Made by a program: the position numbers and the translations under genes. The notes beneath the pieces are model-generated. The model was not told where the DNA came from. It searched no databases and saw nothing but the letters and a program-made list of their open reading frames with translations. From the NCBI RefSeq assembly GCF_013122565.1, contig NZ_CP053258.1: 64,000 nucleotides of DNA; one strand, given 5' to 3'. This document shows positions 46,080 through 57,499 of the stretch, one piece after another. Position 1 is the stretch's first letter. Each line of letters starts with the position of its first letter. This DNA is from Escherichia coli (GTDB lineage: Bacteria; Pseudomonadota; Gammaproteobacteria; Enterobacterales; Enterobacteriaceae).

Positions 46080-47270
46080 CTATTGCGTCTGTTCTTCGAG
46101 TGTCACTGGCCAGCGGCGGAAAATGATGATTGACCATATTAACGCGGCAAAAGCAGGCACCGCGCCCACATAACCAATCATCGACATTGACCAGTGCAGA
46201 CTTACCTGATTACCTACCAACGCACCCGCGCCGATTCCAATATTAAATATCCCGGAGAATAGCGCCATCGCGACGTCGGTGGCATCTGGTGCCAGCGCCA
46301 GCACTTTAACCTGCATACCAAGCCCGATGATCATCATCGCGATCCCCCAGAAAATACTCAGCACCCCGAGGTGTATTTCACTGTTCGCCGCAGGTAGCAG
46401 CAGTGCCAGGCACACCAGCAACAGTGCAATCGCCGTACTCACCAACCCAGACGCATACTGATTACCCAGTTTACCGAAAATCACGCTGCCAATAATGCCC
46501 GCACCACCGAGTAATAACAGTAATGCCGTGGCAAAGTTGGCGCTGAATCCCGCAATGTTTTGCACAAAAGGCTCGATATAGCTGTATGCCGTGTAATGGG
46601 CAGTGACAACCACCACAGTTAACAAATAAATGCTCATCAATGCCGGGCGGCGGAACAATAGCGGGAGGCTTTTCAATGAACCGGAATGCTCACTGGGCAG
46701 TAAGGGAAGTAACTTAATCAGGCACAAAAGGGTAATAAGCGCCCCGATACCAATCGCGAAGAAGGTCATTCGCCAACCGAAATACTGCCCCACAATGCGC
46801 CCGAGAGGTAATCCTAATACCATTGCCAGTGCTGTACCTGTGGCAATTAAACTCAATGCCTGTGCTCGCTTCCCGGCCGGAGCCATACGGATCGCCAGGG
46901 ACGCCGTAATCGACCAGAAAATCGCATGTGCAAAAGCCACACCAATGCGACTGATCACCAGAACGGTAAAGCTCCACGATAAAAACGACAGTACGTGGCT
47001 GGCAATAAACACCACAAACAGGCAGATCAGTAATTTGCGCCGTTCAACCTGGCTGGTCATTAACATAAAAGGCAATGACATTAGCGCTACTACCCATGCG
47101 TAAATGGTCAACATGATGCCGACCTGAGCGGTTTGCATGTGAAAACTTTGCGCAATGTCAGAGAGCAGGCCAACAGGGACAAATTCGGTGGTGTTGAAGA
47201 TGAAGGCGGCGACTGCCAGCGTAACGACCCGTAGCCACGCCACTTTGCGGGAAACAGTGTTTGTTGTCAT
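46080..47270 (-). CDS. sotB: MFS sugar efflux transporter SotB (YdeA)
   Basis: 396 aa 12-TM ORF. Confidence 0.88.
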   Translation of the reverse strand: MTTNTVSRKVAWLRVVTLAVAAFIFNTTEFVPVGLLSDIAQSFHMQTAQVGIMLTIYAWVVALMSLPFMLMTSQVERRKLLICLFVVFIASHVLSFLSWSFTVLVISRIGVAFAHAIFWSITASLAIRMAPAGKRAQALSLIATGTALAMVLGLPLGRIVGQYFGWRMTFFAIGIGALITLLCLIKLLPLLPSEHSGSLKSLPLLFRRPALMSIYLLTVVVVTAHYTAYSYIEPFVQNIAGFSANFATALLLLLGGAGIIGSVIFGKLGNQYASGLVSTAIALLLVCLALLLPAANSEIHLGVLSIFWGIAMMIIGLGMQVKVLALAPDATDVAMALFSGIFNIGIGAGALVGNQVSLHWSMSMIGYVGAVPAFAALIWSIIIFRRWPVTLEEQTQ

Positions 47271-47419
47271 AACAGATTATCGGGTGAGTTGCGAAAAAGT
47301 GATGAAATGATCTTAAAGCGGTTAATGATGTGAATACAATGCATTTGTGATCTGGATCGCGTTTTCCGTTTCTCTGACGCTGATTCTGTTCCGCGTCAGA
47401 GAGTTGGTAACATCACGGT

Positions 47420-48535
47420 TTAATGACGTTCAGGGAGATCTGGCGTTTTGGAGGTTGCGGGTATAGGTGGTCTGACAGGGGAGCGAGGCCTGTTTTTCAC
47501 CAGGTCTTCGTGAGTAACTTTTGGCGGTGTTTCATTTTTTACAAACAGTTTGAGGGTCCTGCGCGCCATATGTTTGATAATTTTATCATCACTTAATGAT
47601 GCTGGCATCAACACGTCATTCAAATCACTTTCATTGGGATTCATAAATTGGTGATAGTGCAATAACATATTGGCGAAAAATAAAAACAAGTCCTGAAAAT
47701 GAGGAGGTTCTTGTTCTGCTAAAAGGGATAAAAAGCAGATGCAGACTTCGGGTAGTACATGTTTGTTAGAACCTAATGAATCCATCAGGCTTTGCAATAA
47801 ATCCTCTTTTAATTCGCTGTCCGTTATGTCGAGAATGGCGGTGATCAAGTTAGGATCTTTATTGATGAACCATCTGTGAACCTCAGAGTTATTCCATAAT
47901 CGGGGGAGTATGACAAAATTACCGCGAGAGATAAAATTCAGGACAAGCAAATCAAACTGGCGTAAGTAATCTGCAGCGGTATGGTGATCCGGAGGCAGGG
48001 GGTCAATATGTGGTGTATGCGCTCTTTTGATGGGAACGCCAGGGTTGATCATTGGAAATTGTTCAATAAAGTCATTCAGAAACAGAAAGAGCACACGCTC
48101 GACGCCGGTCTGAAATACGCGCCCCATAGTGACAGGCTTTGGGTTGGGAGCGCAAAAAATATTAATTTCTCCATCATGGCGGAAATTATCTAAATAAATA
48201 GGGCTTAAATTTATTACTACCTGAAATTCAATATTTTCTTTGTGTCTTCCATTCCTGGCGGGATAAGTGAGTTTTAACTGAACCTTTTCATTGTATAGCG
48301 TGTCGTTACCCCGAAAAGAAGTCCTCTGAATATATGATAAGTTGTCAAGGTTATTAAATATCTTTTTTGTGGCTGAGTTGATGTTTAAAGACGTGCGCCA
48401 CTCTTCATCACATATTATTGTACTAAGTGCATCAATAAAATCCTTTAAAACTTCTTTTACCTGAGGTGCAATATTACGTACGGGAAAATCTTCAGGAAGA
48501 GATATGTAATTGCTGATGCTTACTGGCGTAACCAT
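47420..48535 (-). CDS. yneK: Uncharacterized protein YneK
   Basis: 371 aa ORF; AT-rich coding sequence; proline-rich C-terminus; no recognisable domain. Confidence 0.75.
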   Translation of the reverse strand: MVTPVSISNYISLPEDFPVRNIAPQVKEVLKDFIDALSTIICDEEWRTSLNINSATKKIFNNLDNLSYIQRTSFRGNDTLYNEKVQLKLTYPARNGRHKENIEFQVVINLSPIYLDNFRHDGEINIFCAPNPKPVTMGRVFQTGVERVLFLFLNDFIEQFPMINPGVPIKRAHTPHIDPLPPDHHTAADYLRQFDLLVLNFISRGNFVILPRLWNNSEVHRWFINKDPNLITAILDITDSELKEDLLQSLMDSLGSNKHVLPEVCICFLSLLAEQEPPHFQDLFLFFANMLLHYHQFMNPNESDLNDVLMPASLSDDKIIKHMARRTLKLFVKNETPPKVTHEDLVKNRPRSPVRPPIPATSKTPDLPERH

Positions 48536-48612
48536 ATTTGCCCCATATAGTCATAAGTCATCGGAACATCACTATATAGAGCATATTAGCCGCAAGAACT
48601 ATCAAAAATAGC

Positions 48613-49494
48613 TCATTGGTAACCCTGTCTTGCCGAGTCAGGCACATCCAGCAGTTGAATAAATGCCTCTAGCGGACGCGTTTTCGCACCACGACGCCAG
48701 ACCAGCCAGGTTGTTAACCAACGCCATTGCTCAGCTAACGGCCACGCTTCAACCTGGTGATGCCCCGGCATACTTTCCAGCATAGAGCGCGGAATAAGCG
48801 CAATGCCTGCTCCTGCGACTACACAGGCCAACATTCCGTGATAAGACTCCATCTCATGGATAGTTCCCGGAGCGGCACCGTCAGCATGAAACCAGCTCTC
48901 GAAGTGGCGACGATACGAACAATTGGCGCGGAAGGCATAAATGTTACTGCCATTCACCTGACTGGCACGGGTTACTGGCGCATGTCCTTGTGGCGTGACA
49001 ATCATCAGCTCCTCGCGGTATACCGGTATCCCGTCAATGGCGGTATGGTTAATGGGCCCATCAATAAACGCCGCATTCAGTTTTCCCTCCAGCACCCCTT
49101 CCAGCATAGTGCCGGAAGGGCCGGTGGAAAGTGAAAACTGAATTTTGGGATAACGACGGTTGAATTCCGCCAGTGTGGCCGGAATGCGAACTGCTGCGGT
49201 GCTTTCCAGCGAACCTAGAGAAAATAAACCTTGCGGCTCATCGCCAGCGACAACGCTCCGCGCTTCATCCACTAACGCGAGAATTTGTTGGCTATAGCGT
49301 AAAAAGTTATGCCCGGCAGGAGAGAGACGTAAACGCTGATTCTCGCGAATAAACAGATCTACCCCCAGTTCTGTTTCCAGCTGGCGTAGACGGGTAGTGA
49401 GATTCGACGGCACGCGATGCACTATTGCTGCAGCCTGCGTAATGCTGCCAGCTTCGGCAACCGCGTTGAACATCTCCAGTTGGGTCAGATCCAT
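48613..49494 (-). CDS. yneJ: LysR-family transcriptional regulator
   Basis: 293 aa; N-terminal HTH; divergent from sad. Confidence 0.85.
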   Translation of the reverse strand: MDLTQLEMFNAVAEAGSITQAAAIVHRVPSNLTTRLRQLETELGVDLFIRENQRLRLSPAGHNFLRYSQQILALVDEARSVVAGDEPQGLFSLGSLESTAAVRIPATLAEFNRRYPKIQFSLSTGPSGTMLEGVLEGKLNAAFIDGPINHTAIDGIPVYREELMIVTPQGHAPVTRASQVNGSNIYAFRANCSYRRHFESWFHADGAAPGTIHEMESYHGMLACVVAGAGIALIPRSMLESMPGHHQVEAWPLAEQWRWLTTWLVWRRGAKTRPLEAFIQLLDVPDSARQGYQ

Positions 49495-49594
49495 AATATT
49501 CTCGATTCGTGAATAAGTGGCTTAATATTATTCATTTTAAAGCAAGAGTAAATCTGCGTATCTTCATACCATGACTCATAAAGGAGATACCCCG

Positions 49595-50983
49595 ATGACC
49601 ATTACTCCGGCAACTCATGCAATTTCGATAAATCCTGCCACGGGTGAACAACTTTCTGTGTTGCCGTGGGCTGGCGCTGATGATATCGAAAACGCACTTC
49701 AGCTGGCGGCAGCAGGTTTTCGTGACTGGCACGAGACAAATATAGATTATCGTGCTGAAAAACTGCGTGATATCGGTAAGGCTCTGCGCGCCCGTAGCGA
49801 AGAAATGGCGCAAATGATCACCCGCGAAATGGGCAAACCAATCAACCAGGCGCGCGCTGAAGTGGCGAAATCGGCGAATTTGTGTGACTGGTATGCAGAA
49901 CATGGTCCGGCAATGCTGAAGGCGGAACCTACGCTGGTGGAAAATCAGCAGGCGGTTATTGAGTATCGACCGTTGGGGACGATTCTGGCGATTATGCCGT
50001 GGAATTTTCCGTTATGGCAGGTGATGCGTGGCGCTGTTCCCATCATTCTTGCAGGTAACGGCTACTTACTTAAACATGCGCCGAATGTGATGGGCTGTGC
50101 ACAGCTCATTGCCCAGGTGTTTAAAGATGCGGGAATCCCACAAGGCGTATATGGCTGGCTGAATGCCGACAATGACGGTGTCACTCAGATGATTAAAGAC
50201 TCGCGCATTGCTGCTATCACGGTGACCGGAAGTGTTCGTGCTGGAGCGGCTATTGGCGCACAGGCTGGAGCGGCACTGAAAAAATGCGTACTGGAACTGG
50301 GCGGTTCGGATCCGTTTATTGTGCTTAACGATGCCGATCTGGAACTGGCGGTGAAAGCGGCGGTAGCCGGACGTTATCAGAATACCGGGCAGGTTTGTGC
50401 AGCGGCAAAACGCTTTATTATCGAAGAGGGAATTGCTTCGGCATTTACCGAACGTTTTGTGGCAGCTGCGGCAGCCTTGAAAATGGGCGATCCCCGTGAC
50501 GAAGAGAACGCTCTCGGACCAATGGCTCGTTTCGATTTACGTGATGAGCTGCATCATCAGGTGGAGAAAACCCTGGCGCAGGGTGCGCGTTTGTTACTGG
50601 GCGGGGAAAAGATGGCTGGGGCAGGTAACTACTATCCGCCAACGGTTCTGGCGAATGTTACCCCAGAAATGACCGCGTTTCGGGAAGAAATGTTTGGCCC
50701 CGTTGCGGCAATCACCATTGCGAAAGATGCAGAACATGCACTGGAACTGGCTAATGATAGTGAGTTCGGCCTTTCAGCGACCATTTTTACCACCGACGAA
50801 ACACAGGCCAGACAGATGGCGGCACGTCTGGAATGCGGTGGGGTGTTTATCAATGGTTATTGTGCCAGCGACGCGCGAGTGGCCTTTGGTGGCGTGAAAA
50901 AGAGTGGCTTTGGTCGTGAGCTTTCCCATTTCGGCTTACACGAATTCTGTAATATCCAGACGGTGTGGAAAGACCGGATCTGA
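49595..50983 (+). CDS. sad: NAD-dependent succinate-semialdehyde dehydrogenase Sad (YneI)
   Basis: ORF track 49571..50983; start [19 protein letters not shown] (AAGGAGA RBS); 462 aa. Confidence 0.9.
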   Translation: MTITPATHAISINPATGEQLSVLPWAGADDIENALQLAAAGFRDWHETNIDYRAEKLRDIGKALRARSEEMAQMITREMGKPINQARAEVAKSANLCDWYAEHGPAMLKAEPTLVENQQAVIEYRPLGTILAIMPWNFPLWQVMRGAVPIILAGNGYLLKHAPNVMGCAQLIAQVFKDAGIPQGVYGWLNADNDGVTQMIKDSRIAAITVTGSVRAGAAIGAQAGAALKKCVLELGGSDPFIVLNDADLELAVKAAVAGRYQNTGQVCAAAKRFIIEEGIASAFTERFVAAAAALKMGDPRDEENALGPMARFDLRDELHHQVEKTLAQGARLLLGGEKMAGAGNYYPPTVLANVTPEMTAFREEMFGPVAAITIAKDAEHALELANDSEFGLSATIFTTDETQARQMAARLECGGVFINGYCASDARVAFGGVKKSGFGRELSHFGLHEFCNIQTVWKDRI

Positions 50984-51046
50984 CGCGACATATTCAGCTC
51001 TGATATACTCGCAGGTCTTTTCAGACCTGCGGTCCAGGAGTAGAAA

Positions 51047-51973
51047 GTGGCAGTCGCCATGGATAATGCAATTTTAGAAAACATCTTGCGGCAAGTGCGG
51101 CCGCTCATTGGTCAGGGTAAAGTCGCGGATTATATTCCGGCGCTGGCTACAGTAGACGGTTCCCGATTGGGCATTGCTATCTGTACCGTTGACGGACAGC
51201 TTTTTCAGGCTGGAGACGCGCAAGAACGTTTTTCCATTCAGTCTATTTCCAAAGTGCTGAGTCTCGTTGTCGCCATGCGTCATTACTCCGAAGAGGAAAT
51301 CTGGCAACGCGTCGGCAAAGATCCGTCTGGATCACCGTTCAATTCTTTAGTGCAACTGGAAATGGAGCAGGGTATTCCGCGTAATCCGTTTATTAATGCC
51401 GGTGCGCTGGTGGTCTGCGATATGTTGCAAGGGCGATTAAGCGCACCACGGCAACGTATGCTGGAAGTCGTGCGCGGCTTAAGCGGTGTGTCTGATATTT
51501 CCTACGATACGGTGGTAGCGCGTTCCGAATTTGAACATTCCGCGCGAAATGCGGCTATCGCCTGGCTGATGAAGTCGTTTGGCAATTTCCATCATGACGT
51601 GACAACCGTTCTGCAAAACTACTTTCATTACTGCGCTCTGAAAATGAGCTGTGTAGAGCTGGCCCGGACGTTTGTCTTTCTGGCTAATCAGGGGAAAGCT
51701 ATTCATATTGATGAACCTGTGGTGACGCCAATGCAGGCACGGCAAATTAACGCGCTGATGGCGACCAGTGGTATGTACCAGAACGCGGGGGAGTTTGCCT
51801 GGCGGGTGGGACTACCGGCGAAATCTGGCGTTGGTGGCGGTATTGTGGCGATTGTTCCGCATGAAATGGCCATCGCAGTCTGGAGTCCGGAACTGGATGA
51901 TGCTGGTAACTCGCTTGCGGGCATTGCCGTCCTTGAACAATTGACGAAACAGTTAGGGCGTTCGGTTTATTAA
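51047..51973 (+). CDS. glsB: Glutaminase 2
   Basis: 308 aa serine-dependent glutaminase family. Confidence 0.9.
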   Translation: MAVAMDNAILENILRQVRPLIGQGKVADYIPALATVDGSRLGIAICTVDGQLFQAGDAQERFSIQSISKVLSLVVAMRHYSEEEIWQRVGKDPSGSPFNSLVQLEMEQGIPRNPFINAGALVVCDMLQGRLSAPRQRMLEVVRGLSGVSDISYDTVVARSEFEHSARNAAIAWLMKSFGNFHHDVTTVLQNYFHYCALKMSCVELARTFVFLANQGKAIHIDEPVVTPMQARQINALMATSGMYQNAGEFAWRVGLPAKSGVGGGIVAIVPHEMAIAVWSPELDDAGNSLAGIAVLEQLTKQLGRSVY

Positions 51974-52332
51974 TGCAGTCTCTCGATCCACTCTTCGCGC
52001 GTTTATCCCGTTCAAAATTTCGATCTCGTTTTCGTTTGGGCATGAAAGAGCGTCAGTATTGTCTGGATAAAGGTGCGCCAGTCATCGAACAACATGCGGC
52101 GGATTTTGTCGCTAAACGTCTTGCTCCGGCATTACCGGCTAATGACGGTAAGCAAACCCCCATGCGCGGGCATCCGGTGTTTATCGCTCAGCACGCCACT
52201 GCAACCTGTTGTCGCGGTTGTCTGGCTAAGTGGCATAACATTCCGCAGGGTGTTTCGTTAAGCGAGCAACAACAACGTTATATCGTGGCGGTAATCTATC
52301 ACTGGCTGGTTATACAGATGAATCAGCCATGA
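51973..52332 (+). CDS. yneG: DUF4186-family protein
   Basis: 119 aa; start overlaps glsB stop. Confidence 0.75.
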   Translation: MQSLDPLFARLSRSKFRSRFRLGMKERQYCLDKGAPVIEQHAADFVAKRLAPALPANDGKQTPMRGHPVFIAQHATATCCRGCLAKWHNIPQGVSLSEQQQRYIVAVIYHWLVIQMNQP

Positions 52333-52470
52333 GAATTGCGGAAAACGATAAAATAGCATTCCCAGGGTACCTTTATTTGCCGCCGCTGTCAGCGAACATG
52401 CTATCCTTTATGAGAATTTACTTATTACGTTGAGATAATTGCCACCCGCAATTGTATGGACAGATAATTA

Positions 52471-53889
52471 ATGCATGTACACCCCATTTCAACTTTCCGT
52501 TTGTTCCAGGAAGGTCATCTGCTACGTAATAGCATCGCTATTTTTGCGCTAACCACGCTGTTCTATTTTATTGGTGCAGAGTTACGGCTGGTTCACGAAC
52601 TTTCTCTTTTCTGGCCGCTGAATGGCGTAATGGCGGGGGTGTTTGCTCGCTATGTCTGGCTTAATCGACTGCATTACTATGCGATCAGTTATGTGGCGAT
52701 GCTGGTTTATGATGCCATAACCACCGAATGGGGACTGGTTTCACTGGCTATCAATTTCTCCAATATGATGTTTATTGTTACCGTCGCCTTACTGGTCGTG
52801 CGGGATAAGCGTTTGGGGAAAAATAAGTATGAGCCAGTAAGTGCCTTACGGCTATTTAATTACTGTCTGATTGCCGCATTATTATGCGCTATTGTCGGGG
52901 CGATTGGTTCGGTCAGTATTGATAGTCTGGATTTCTGGCCTTTGCTTGCGGACTGGTTCAGTGAGCAATTCTCAACGGGCGTGTTGATCGTGCCTTGTAT
53001 GCTGACGTTGGCTATTCCTGGAGTGCTGCCGCGCTTTAAAGCAGAACAGATGATGCCCGCCATCGCGCTTATTGTGTCGGTTATTGCCTCGGTAATCATT
53101 GGCGGAGCGGGGAGTCTGGCGTTCCCGCTGCCTGCATTAATCTGGTGTGCAGTGCGCTATACGCCGCAGGTAACATGTCTGTTGACCTTTGTCACCGGTG
53201 CGGTGGAAATCGTACTGGTGGCTAATTCGGTGATTGATATCTCGGTCGGTTCGCCGTTCTCCATTCCGGAAATGTTCTCCGCACGTCTCGGTATTGCCAC
53301 GATGGCGATATGCCCAATTATGGTTTCTTTTAGCGTGGCAGCGATCAATTCGCTAATGAAGCAAGTTGCGCTGCGAGCCGACTTTGATTTTCTGACTCAG
53401 GTTTACTCACGGTCCGGTCTTTATGAGGCGCTGAAAAGTCCATCGCTGAAACAGACACAACATCTGACTGTCATGCTGCTTGATATCGACTATTTCAAAA
53501 GTATTAACGATAACTATGGACATGAATGTGGCGATAAAGTGTTAAGCGTGTTTGCCCGGCATATTCAGAAGATTGTCGGTGATAAGGGGCTGGTGGCGCG
53601 CATGGGCGGCGAAGAATTTGCTGTTGCAGTGCCGTCGGTGAATCCTGTCGATGGTCTGCTAATGGCGGAAAAAATCCGTAAAGGCGTTGAACTGCAACCA
53701 TTCACCTGGCAACAAAAAACGCTTTATCTCACTGTAAGTATTGGCGTCGGTAGTGGTCGCGCATCGTACCGAACGCTGACCGATGACTTTAATAAATTGA
53801 TGGTCGAAGCCGATACCTGTCTGTATCGCTCGAAGAAAGATGGGCGCAACCGTACCAGCACTATGCGTTACGGGGAGGAAGTTGTCTGA
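52471..53889 (+). CDS. dgcF: Membrane-anchored diguanylate cyclase (GGDEF domain)
   Basis: 472 aa ORF; N-terminal multi-TM sensor region then GGDEF domain (MGGEEFA). Confidence 0.75.
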   Translation: MHVHPISTFRLFQEGHLLRNSIAIFALTTLFYFIGAELRLVHELSLFWPLNGVMAGVFARYVWLNRLHYYAISYVAMLVYDAITTEWGLVSLAINFSNMMFIVTVALLVVRDKRLGKNKYEPVSALRLFNYCLIAALLCAIVGAIGSVSIDSLDFWPLLADWFSEQFSTGVLIVPCMLTLAIPGVLPRFKAEQMMPAIALIVSVIASVIIGGAGSLAFPLPALIWCAVRYTPQVTCLLTFVTGAVEIVLVANSVIDISVGSPFSIPEMFSARLGIATMAICPIMVSFSVAAINSLMKQVALRADFDFLTQVYSRSGLYEALKSPSLKQTQHLTVMLLDIDYFKSINDNYGHECGDKVLSVFARHIQKIVGDKGLVARMGGEEFAVAVPSVNPVDGLLMAEKIRKGVELQPFTWQQKTLYLTVSIGVGSGRASYRTLTDDFNKLMVEADTCLYRSKKDGRNRTSTMRYGEEVV

Positions 53890-54115
53890 CATCTTTATTC
53901 ATTCAGAGCGTTTTAAATGCAATGTGTTCTACCACTTTATGTTCGAAGAAAAGGCGTATTTCCTCAATTAAACCATGATCCGCGCCACACTTTTCTCATA
54001 AAACTGCTCATTAATCATCAGGAGTTGATCAAAACAGGGGTTCGGCGTATTAAAGTTTGCTAACCTGTCGTACCAATTCAAACAGGTTGTATGACTAATC
54101 AGAAGGGAACCCATT

Positions 54116-55567
54116 GTGAAAACACTAAATCGTCGCGATTTTCCCGGTGCACAGTATCCAGAACGTATCATTCAGTTTGGTGAAGGTAACTTCCTGCGCG
54201 CATTTGTTGACTGGCAAATAGATCTCCTGAATGAGCACACCGATCTGAATTCTGGTGTGGTCGTTGTTCGTCCGATTGAAACTTCATTCCCGCCGTCACT
54301 GAGCACGCAGGATGGTCTGTACACCACCATTATCCGTGGCCTGAATGAGACGGGGGAAGCGGTCAGCGACGCGCGTCTGATTCGCTCTGTTAATCGTGAA
54401 ATCAGCGTCTACAGTGAATACGATGAATTCCTGAAACTGGCGCACAACCCGGAAATGCGCTTTGTTTTCTCTAACACCACCGAAGCGGGTATCAGCTACC
54501 AGGCGGGCGATAAATTCGATGACGCGCCAGCGGTAAGCTATCCCGCAAAACTGACCCGTCTGCTGTTCGAACGTTTTAGCCATTTCAACGGTGCGCTGGA
54601 TAAAGGTTGGATCATCATCCCGTGTGAGTTGATTGACTACAATGGCGACGCGTTGCGTGAACTGGTGCTGCGCTATGCGCAAGAGTGGGCACTGCCAGAA
54701 GCATTTATTCAATGGCTGGATCAGGCTAACAGCTTCTGTTCTACGCTGGTGGACCGTATCGTTACCGGTTATCCGCGTGATGAAGTGGCTAAACTGGAAG
54801 AAGAACTGGGTTATCACGATGGTTTCCTCGACACCGCTGAACACTTTTACCTGTTTGTGATTCAGGGACCGAAATCCTTAGCGACCGAGCTGCGTCTGGA
54901 CAAATATCCGCTCAACGTGCTGATTGTTGACGATATTAAACCGTATAAAGAACGCAAAGTGGCAATACTCAACGGTGCACACACCGCGTTGGTGCCGGTG
55001 GCGTTCCAGGCAGGGCTGGATACCGTAGGTGAAGCGATGAACGATGCTGAAATTTGCGCATTCGTTGAAAAAGCCATCTACGAAGAAATTATTCCGGTTC
55101 TGGATTTGCCTCGCGATGAACTGGAGTCTTTCGCCAGTGCAGTCACCGGGCGTTTCCGTAACCCGTACATCAAGCATCAGCTGCTGTCTATCGCGCTCAA
55201 CGGTATGACCAAGTTCCGCACCCGCATCCTGCCGCAGCTACTGGCAGGGCAGAAGGCAAACGGCACACTTCCGGCGCGCCTTACTTTCGCATTAGCGGCA
55301 TTGATTGCGTTCTATCGCGGTGAGCGTAACGGAGAAACATATCCGGTACAGGACGATGCACACTGGCTGGAACGTTATCAGCAACTCTGGAGCCAGCATC
55401 GTGACCGTGTTATCGGTACCCAGGAACTGGTTGCGATTGTGTTGGCAGAAAAAGACCACTGGGAGCAGGACCTGACGCAAGTGCCTGGTCTGGTCGAGCA
55501 GGTTGCTAATGACCTGGATGCGATTCTTGAAAAAGGGATGCGCGAAGCTGTACGTCCGTTGTGCTAA
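54116..55567 (+). CDS. uxaB: Altronate oxidoreductase (tagaturonate reductase)
   Basis: 483 aa; N-terminal [10 protein letters not shown] Rossmann motif. Confidence 0.9.
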   Translation: MKTLNRRDFPGAQYPERIIQFGEGNFLRAFVDWQIDLLNEHTDLNSGVVVVRPIETSFPPSLSTQDGLYTTIIRGLNETGEAVSDARLIRSVNREISVYSEYDEFLKLAHNPEMRFVFSNTTEAGISYQAGDKFDDAPAVSYPAKLTRLLFERFSHFNGALDKGWIIIPCELIDYNGDALRELVLRYAQEWALPEAFIQWLDQANSFCSTLVDRIVTGYPRDEVAKLEEELGYHDGFLDTAEHFYLFVIQGPKSLATELRLDKYPLNVLIVDDIKPYKERKVAILNGAHTALVPVAFQAGLDTVGEAMNDAEICAFVEKAIYEEIIPVLDLPRDELESFASAVTGRFRNPYIKHQLLSIALNGMTKFRTRILPQLLAGQKANGTLPARLTFALAALIAFYRGERNGETYPVQDDAHWLERYQQLWSQHRDRVIGTQELVAIVLAEKDHWEQDLTQVPGLVEQVANDLDAILEKGMREAVRPLC

Positions 55568-55773
55568 TAACACCGTTACTTCTGAACCCGGTTTCGACCG
55601 GGTTTCTTCTTTCACCATATTAGTTACAACATCCTATGTGCCTTTATCATTAACAGGTGCCACATGCAGCGCCTGTTAATGTTGTAAGCTTATAGGTAAT
55701 TTGTAAGTAGCGTCTTGAGAATGTGATCGTAATCACGTTTAATAGGGCGACTTTTCCACGCCTGAAGATAACC

Positions 55774-56688
55774 ATGATTGTTCGTCCACAACAACACTGG
55801 CTGCGCCGTATTTTTGTCTGGCACGGCTCAGTATTATCCAAGATATCCTCGCGCTTACTACTCAATTTTCTCTTTTCTATCGCTGTTATTTTCATGCTCC
55901 CCTGGTACACGCATCTGGGCATCAAATTCACCCTCGCACCGTTCAGCATTCTCGGTGTTGCCATCGCCATTTTTCTTGGTTTTCGTAATAATGCCGGTTA
56001 CGCCCGTTACGTTGAAGCGCGAAAACTTTGGGGGCAGTTGATGATTGCCTCACGGTCGTTACTACGTGAGGTAAAAACGACATTGCCGGATTCGGCAAGT
56101 GTAAGGGAGTTTGCCAGGCTGCAAATCGCCTTCGCTCACTGTTTACGCATGACATTACGCAAACAGCCACAGGCGGAAGTGCTGGCACATTATCTCAAGA
56201 CTGAAGATCTTCAGCGTGTACTGGCTTCGAACTCTCCAGCTAACCGTATCTTGTTAATAATGGGGGAGTGGTTGGCGGTTCAGCGCCGCAATGGGCAGCT
56301 TTCAGATATCCTGTTTATTAGCCTCAACGATCGGCTTAACGATATTTCAGCGGTTCTGGCAGGCTGTGAGCGCATTGCCTACACGCCAATTCCCTTTGCC
56401 TACACCCTGATTTTGCATCGTACCGTTTATCTGTTTTGTATCATGCTGCCGTTCGCGCTAGTCGTGGACCTGCATTACATGACGCCTTTTATCTCTGTGC
56501 TGATTTCCTATACTTTTATTTCGCTGGATTGTCTGGCGGAAGAACTGGAAGATCCGTTCGGTACTGAAAACAATGATTTACCGCTGGATGCCATCTGCAA
56601 CGCTATTGAAATTGACCTGTTACAGATGAACGATGAAGCCGAAATTCCAGCAAAAATTCTTCCCGATCGTCATTACCAGCTGACGTGA
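55774..56688 (+). CDS. yneE: Bestrophin-family membrane protein
   Basis: ORF track 55723..56688; likely start MIVRPQQHWLRRIF; about 304 aa. Confidence 0.75.
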   Translation: MIVRPQQHWLRRIFVWHGSVLSKISSRLLLNFLFSIAVIFMLPWYTHLGIKFTLAPFSILGVAIAIFLGFRNNAGYARYVEARKLWGQLMIASRSLLREVKTTLPDSASVREFARLQIAFAHCLRMTLRKQPQAEVLAHYLKTEDLQRVLASNSPANRILLIMGEWLAVQRRNGQLSDILFISLNDRLNDISAVLAGCERIAYTPIPFAYTLILHRTVYLFCIMLPFALVVDLHYMTPFISVLISYTFISLDCLAEELEDPFGTENNDLPLDAICNAIEIDLLQMNDEAEIPAKILPDRHYQLT

Positions 56689-56691
56689 TAA

Positions 56692-57450
56692 TTACTCCGT
56701 ACGGCGGGCAACAATAAAAAGACGCGGAAATGCCAGCAGTATCTGTCCGTTCTCTTGCAGTGGATACTGCTCTTCCAGCATCTGATGGTAGCGCGTAAGA
56801 AAAAGCTGCTGTTCGCTCTCGGTCAGATCCTGTAACCACGGACGTAATCCAGTGGCGGTCACCCAATCGATAATCGCCTGGTGCGACGGCATCTGGTGAT
56901 AGTAGGTGGTTCGCCAGATATCGACCTCACATCCGGCTTCGCTCAAAATATCGTAGTAAGCATGAACGCCAGCCAACGGCTCACGCCCGCGATCCGGGTA
57001 GTTTTGTTCCCAGGCAACTTCGCGCATGAGCACATGGGTCGGCTCCAGCCAGTTATCTGGCATCTGTACTGCCAGCACGCCCTGCGGATTAAGTAAAGAA
57101 ACCAAGTGAGGAAACAATTCGTAGTGGTCGGGCAGCCATTGCAGTGAGGCATTAGCAAAAATCAGATCGAGTGCCTGTTCCGGTTGCCAGTTGCGGATGT
57201 CTGCTTCCACGAACTGGCAGTCTGGCAAAGCACTGCGCGCTTCAGCAATCATCGCCGGAGACGAGTCGATGCCTGTTATCCTGGCCGCAGGCCAACGTTG
57301 ATGCAGCAGGGCGGTGCTGTTACCTGGGCCACAGCCAAGATCGGCAACGTATTTGATATTCTCCAGCGGCACTCTGGCAAGCAGCTCCACCGCCGGACGC
57401 GATCGTTCAGCGGCAAAGTGCAGATATAAAGAGGGGTTCCAGTCAGACAT
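56692..57450 (-). CDS. tam: Trans-aconitate 2-methyltransferase
   Basis: 252 aa; SAM-binding [10 protein letters not shown] motif. Confidence 0.9.
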   Translation of the reverse strand: MSDWNPSLYLHFAAERSRPAVELLARVPLENIKYVADLGCGPGNSTALLHQRWPAARITGIDSSPAMIAEARSALPDCQFVEADIRNWQPEQALDLIFANASLQWLPDHYELFPHLVSLLNPQGVLAVQMPDNWLEPTHVLMREVAWEQNYPDRGREPLAGVHAYYDILSEAGCEVDIWRTTYYHQMPSHQAIIDWVTATGLRPWLQDLTESEQQLFLTRYHQMLEEQYPLQENGQILLAFPRLFIVARRTE

Positions 57451-57499
57451 TTATTTACTCCCGTCAGCGCGTTACCCCAATTGTAGATAAAACTGTTGA

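Noticed and set aside
54296-55177. Minus-strand ORFs of 182 and 99 aa inside uxaB
   Set aside because: Antisense to a confidently identified gene; no supporting signals.
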